Shown one piece after another: positions 51,100 through 51,793 of a DNA stretch of 51,793 nucleotides. The position numbers and the translations under genes are program-made. The notes below the pieces were generated by a model. That model was not told the DNA's origin. It saw only the letters and a program-made list of their open reading frames with translations, and did no database searches. The DNA is from Tubiluchus corallicola (lineage: Eukaryota > Animalia > Priapulida). Location: assembly GCA_030141605.1 (NCBI GenBank), contig JAQGDQ010001253.1, positions 1-51,793 on the forward strand, given 5' to 3'. Position 1 is the first letter of the stretch, and each line of letters starts with the position of its first letter.

Positions 51100-51328
51100 C
51101 TCTCTGAATTTATAACGTAGAGTATAGGCGTGCAGGTGGAAGTTTCACAAGGGGAACAGAGGGAATTTTCCTTGAAAATTTTCTAAATTGTCCTAGTTTG
51201 AGTGATTTCCAAATAAGTGCAAACAAAGGGGTTTATAATTATGTAGGTATATCCACTAGCAAAAGTGTACATAGTCTACAAAAAACATTATAGTCTAAAA
51301 GAAATATATATTTATATATATGTGTACT

Positions 51329-51377
<49 letters not shown>

Positions 51378-51593
51378 TAAAACTTCGAGAAGTCAAATAA
51401 ATATATAATTCTTTTAGACTATAATGTTTTTAGACACTTTTGCTAGTGGATATACCTACATAATTATAAACCCCTTTGTTTGCACTTATTTGGAAATCAC
51501 TCGAAGTAGGACAATTTAGAAAATTTTCATGGAAAATTCTCTCTGTCCCCCTTCCACCCGCACACCTATACTCTACGTTATAAATTCAGAGAG
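51100..51593. mobile_element. Foldback MITE with arms of about 200 bp and TA target duplication (Tc1/mariner-type)
   Basis: TA|ctctctgaatttataacgtagagtatagg... and ...cctatactctacgttataaattcagagag|TA. Arms about 51100-51312 and 51400-51593 surround a (TA)n core. Confidence 0.85.
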
Positions 51594-51793
51594 TAAGCAA
51601 TTACTGGCATTTGACGTAATTGAAACCTGCTAAAACTGACTGTTGAAATGATCAGCTGAAAACATCGGGTGAAAACAAGAACGAATTAAAAATAATTGAA
51701 ACGTAAAAAGAAACTGAAATAAATGATAAATGGCAATTTTATATCTAAGCCACAGAATATCCTTATAAGACATAAAATTGGCAAGTCTGGAAT

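Noticed and set aside
41135-51793. Next exon of the guanylyl cyclase
   Set aside because: Acceptor candidates checked (42615, 44917, 46678, 46900) run quickly into stops and show no PAS, coiled-coil or cyclase motifs.

Overview
AT-rich, repeat-dense eukaryotic DNA from an invertebrate animal (the 5S rRNA-like sequence suggests a lophotrochozoan; this is inference). Only one protein-coding segment is clearly recognisable: a 798-nt + strand first coding exon (40331-41128) of an atypical, probably O2-sensing soluble guanylyl cyclase (H-NOX domain plus start of the PAS domain, Gyc-88E/89D type), followed by an intron that appears to run past the window end. A second, unidentified minus-strand gene is weakly suggested by a CpG-rich region and splice signals at about 25.5-26.4 kb and 21.7-22.2 kb. 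The rest is mobile DNA and tandem repeats: a 5S rRNA-headed SINE in two TSD-flanked copies, Penelope-like retroelement remnants (decayed GIY-YIG endonuclease, minimal hammerhead motifs, inverted pLTR-like arms), several LINE fragments, three piggyBac-type MITE copies, other foldback MITEs, minisatellites of 27, 32, 35, 46, 56, 72 and 143 bp, and many compound microsatellites. Two minisatellites are built from transposon ends and two carry a transcription-factor motif in each unit (RFX X-box, AP-1). Almost all listed ORFs are repeat artefacts. No CRISPR array or prokaryotic system was seen.
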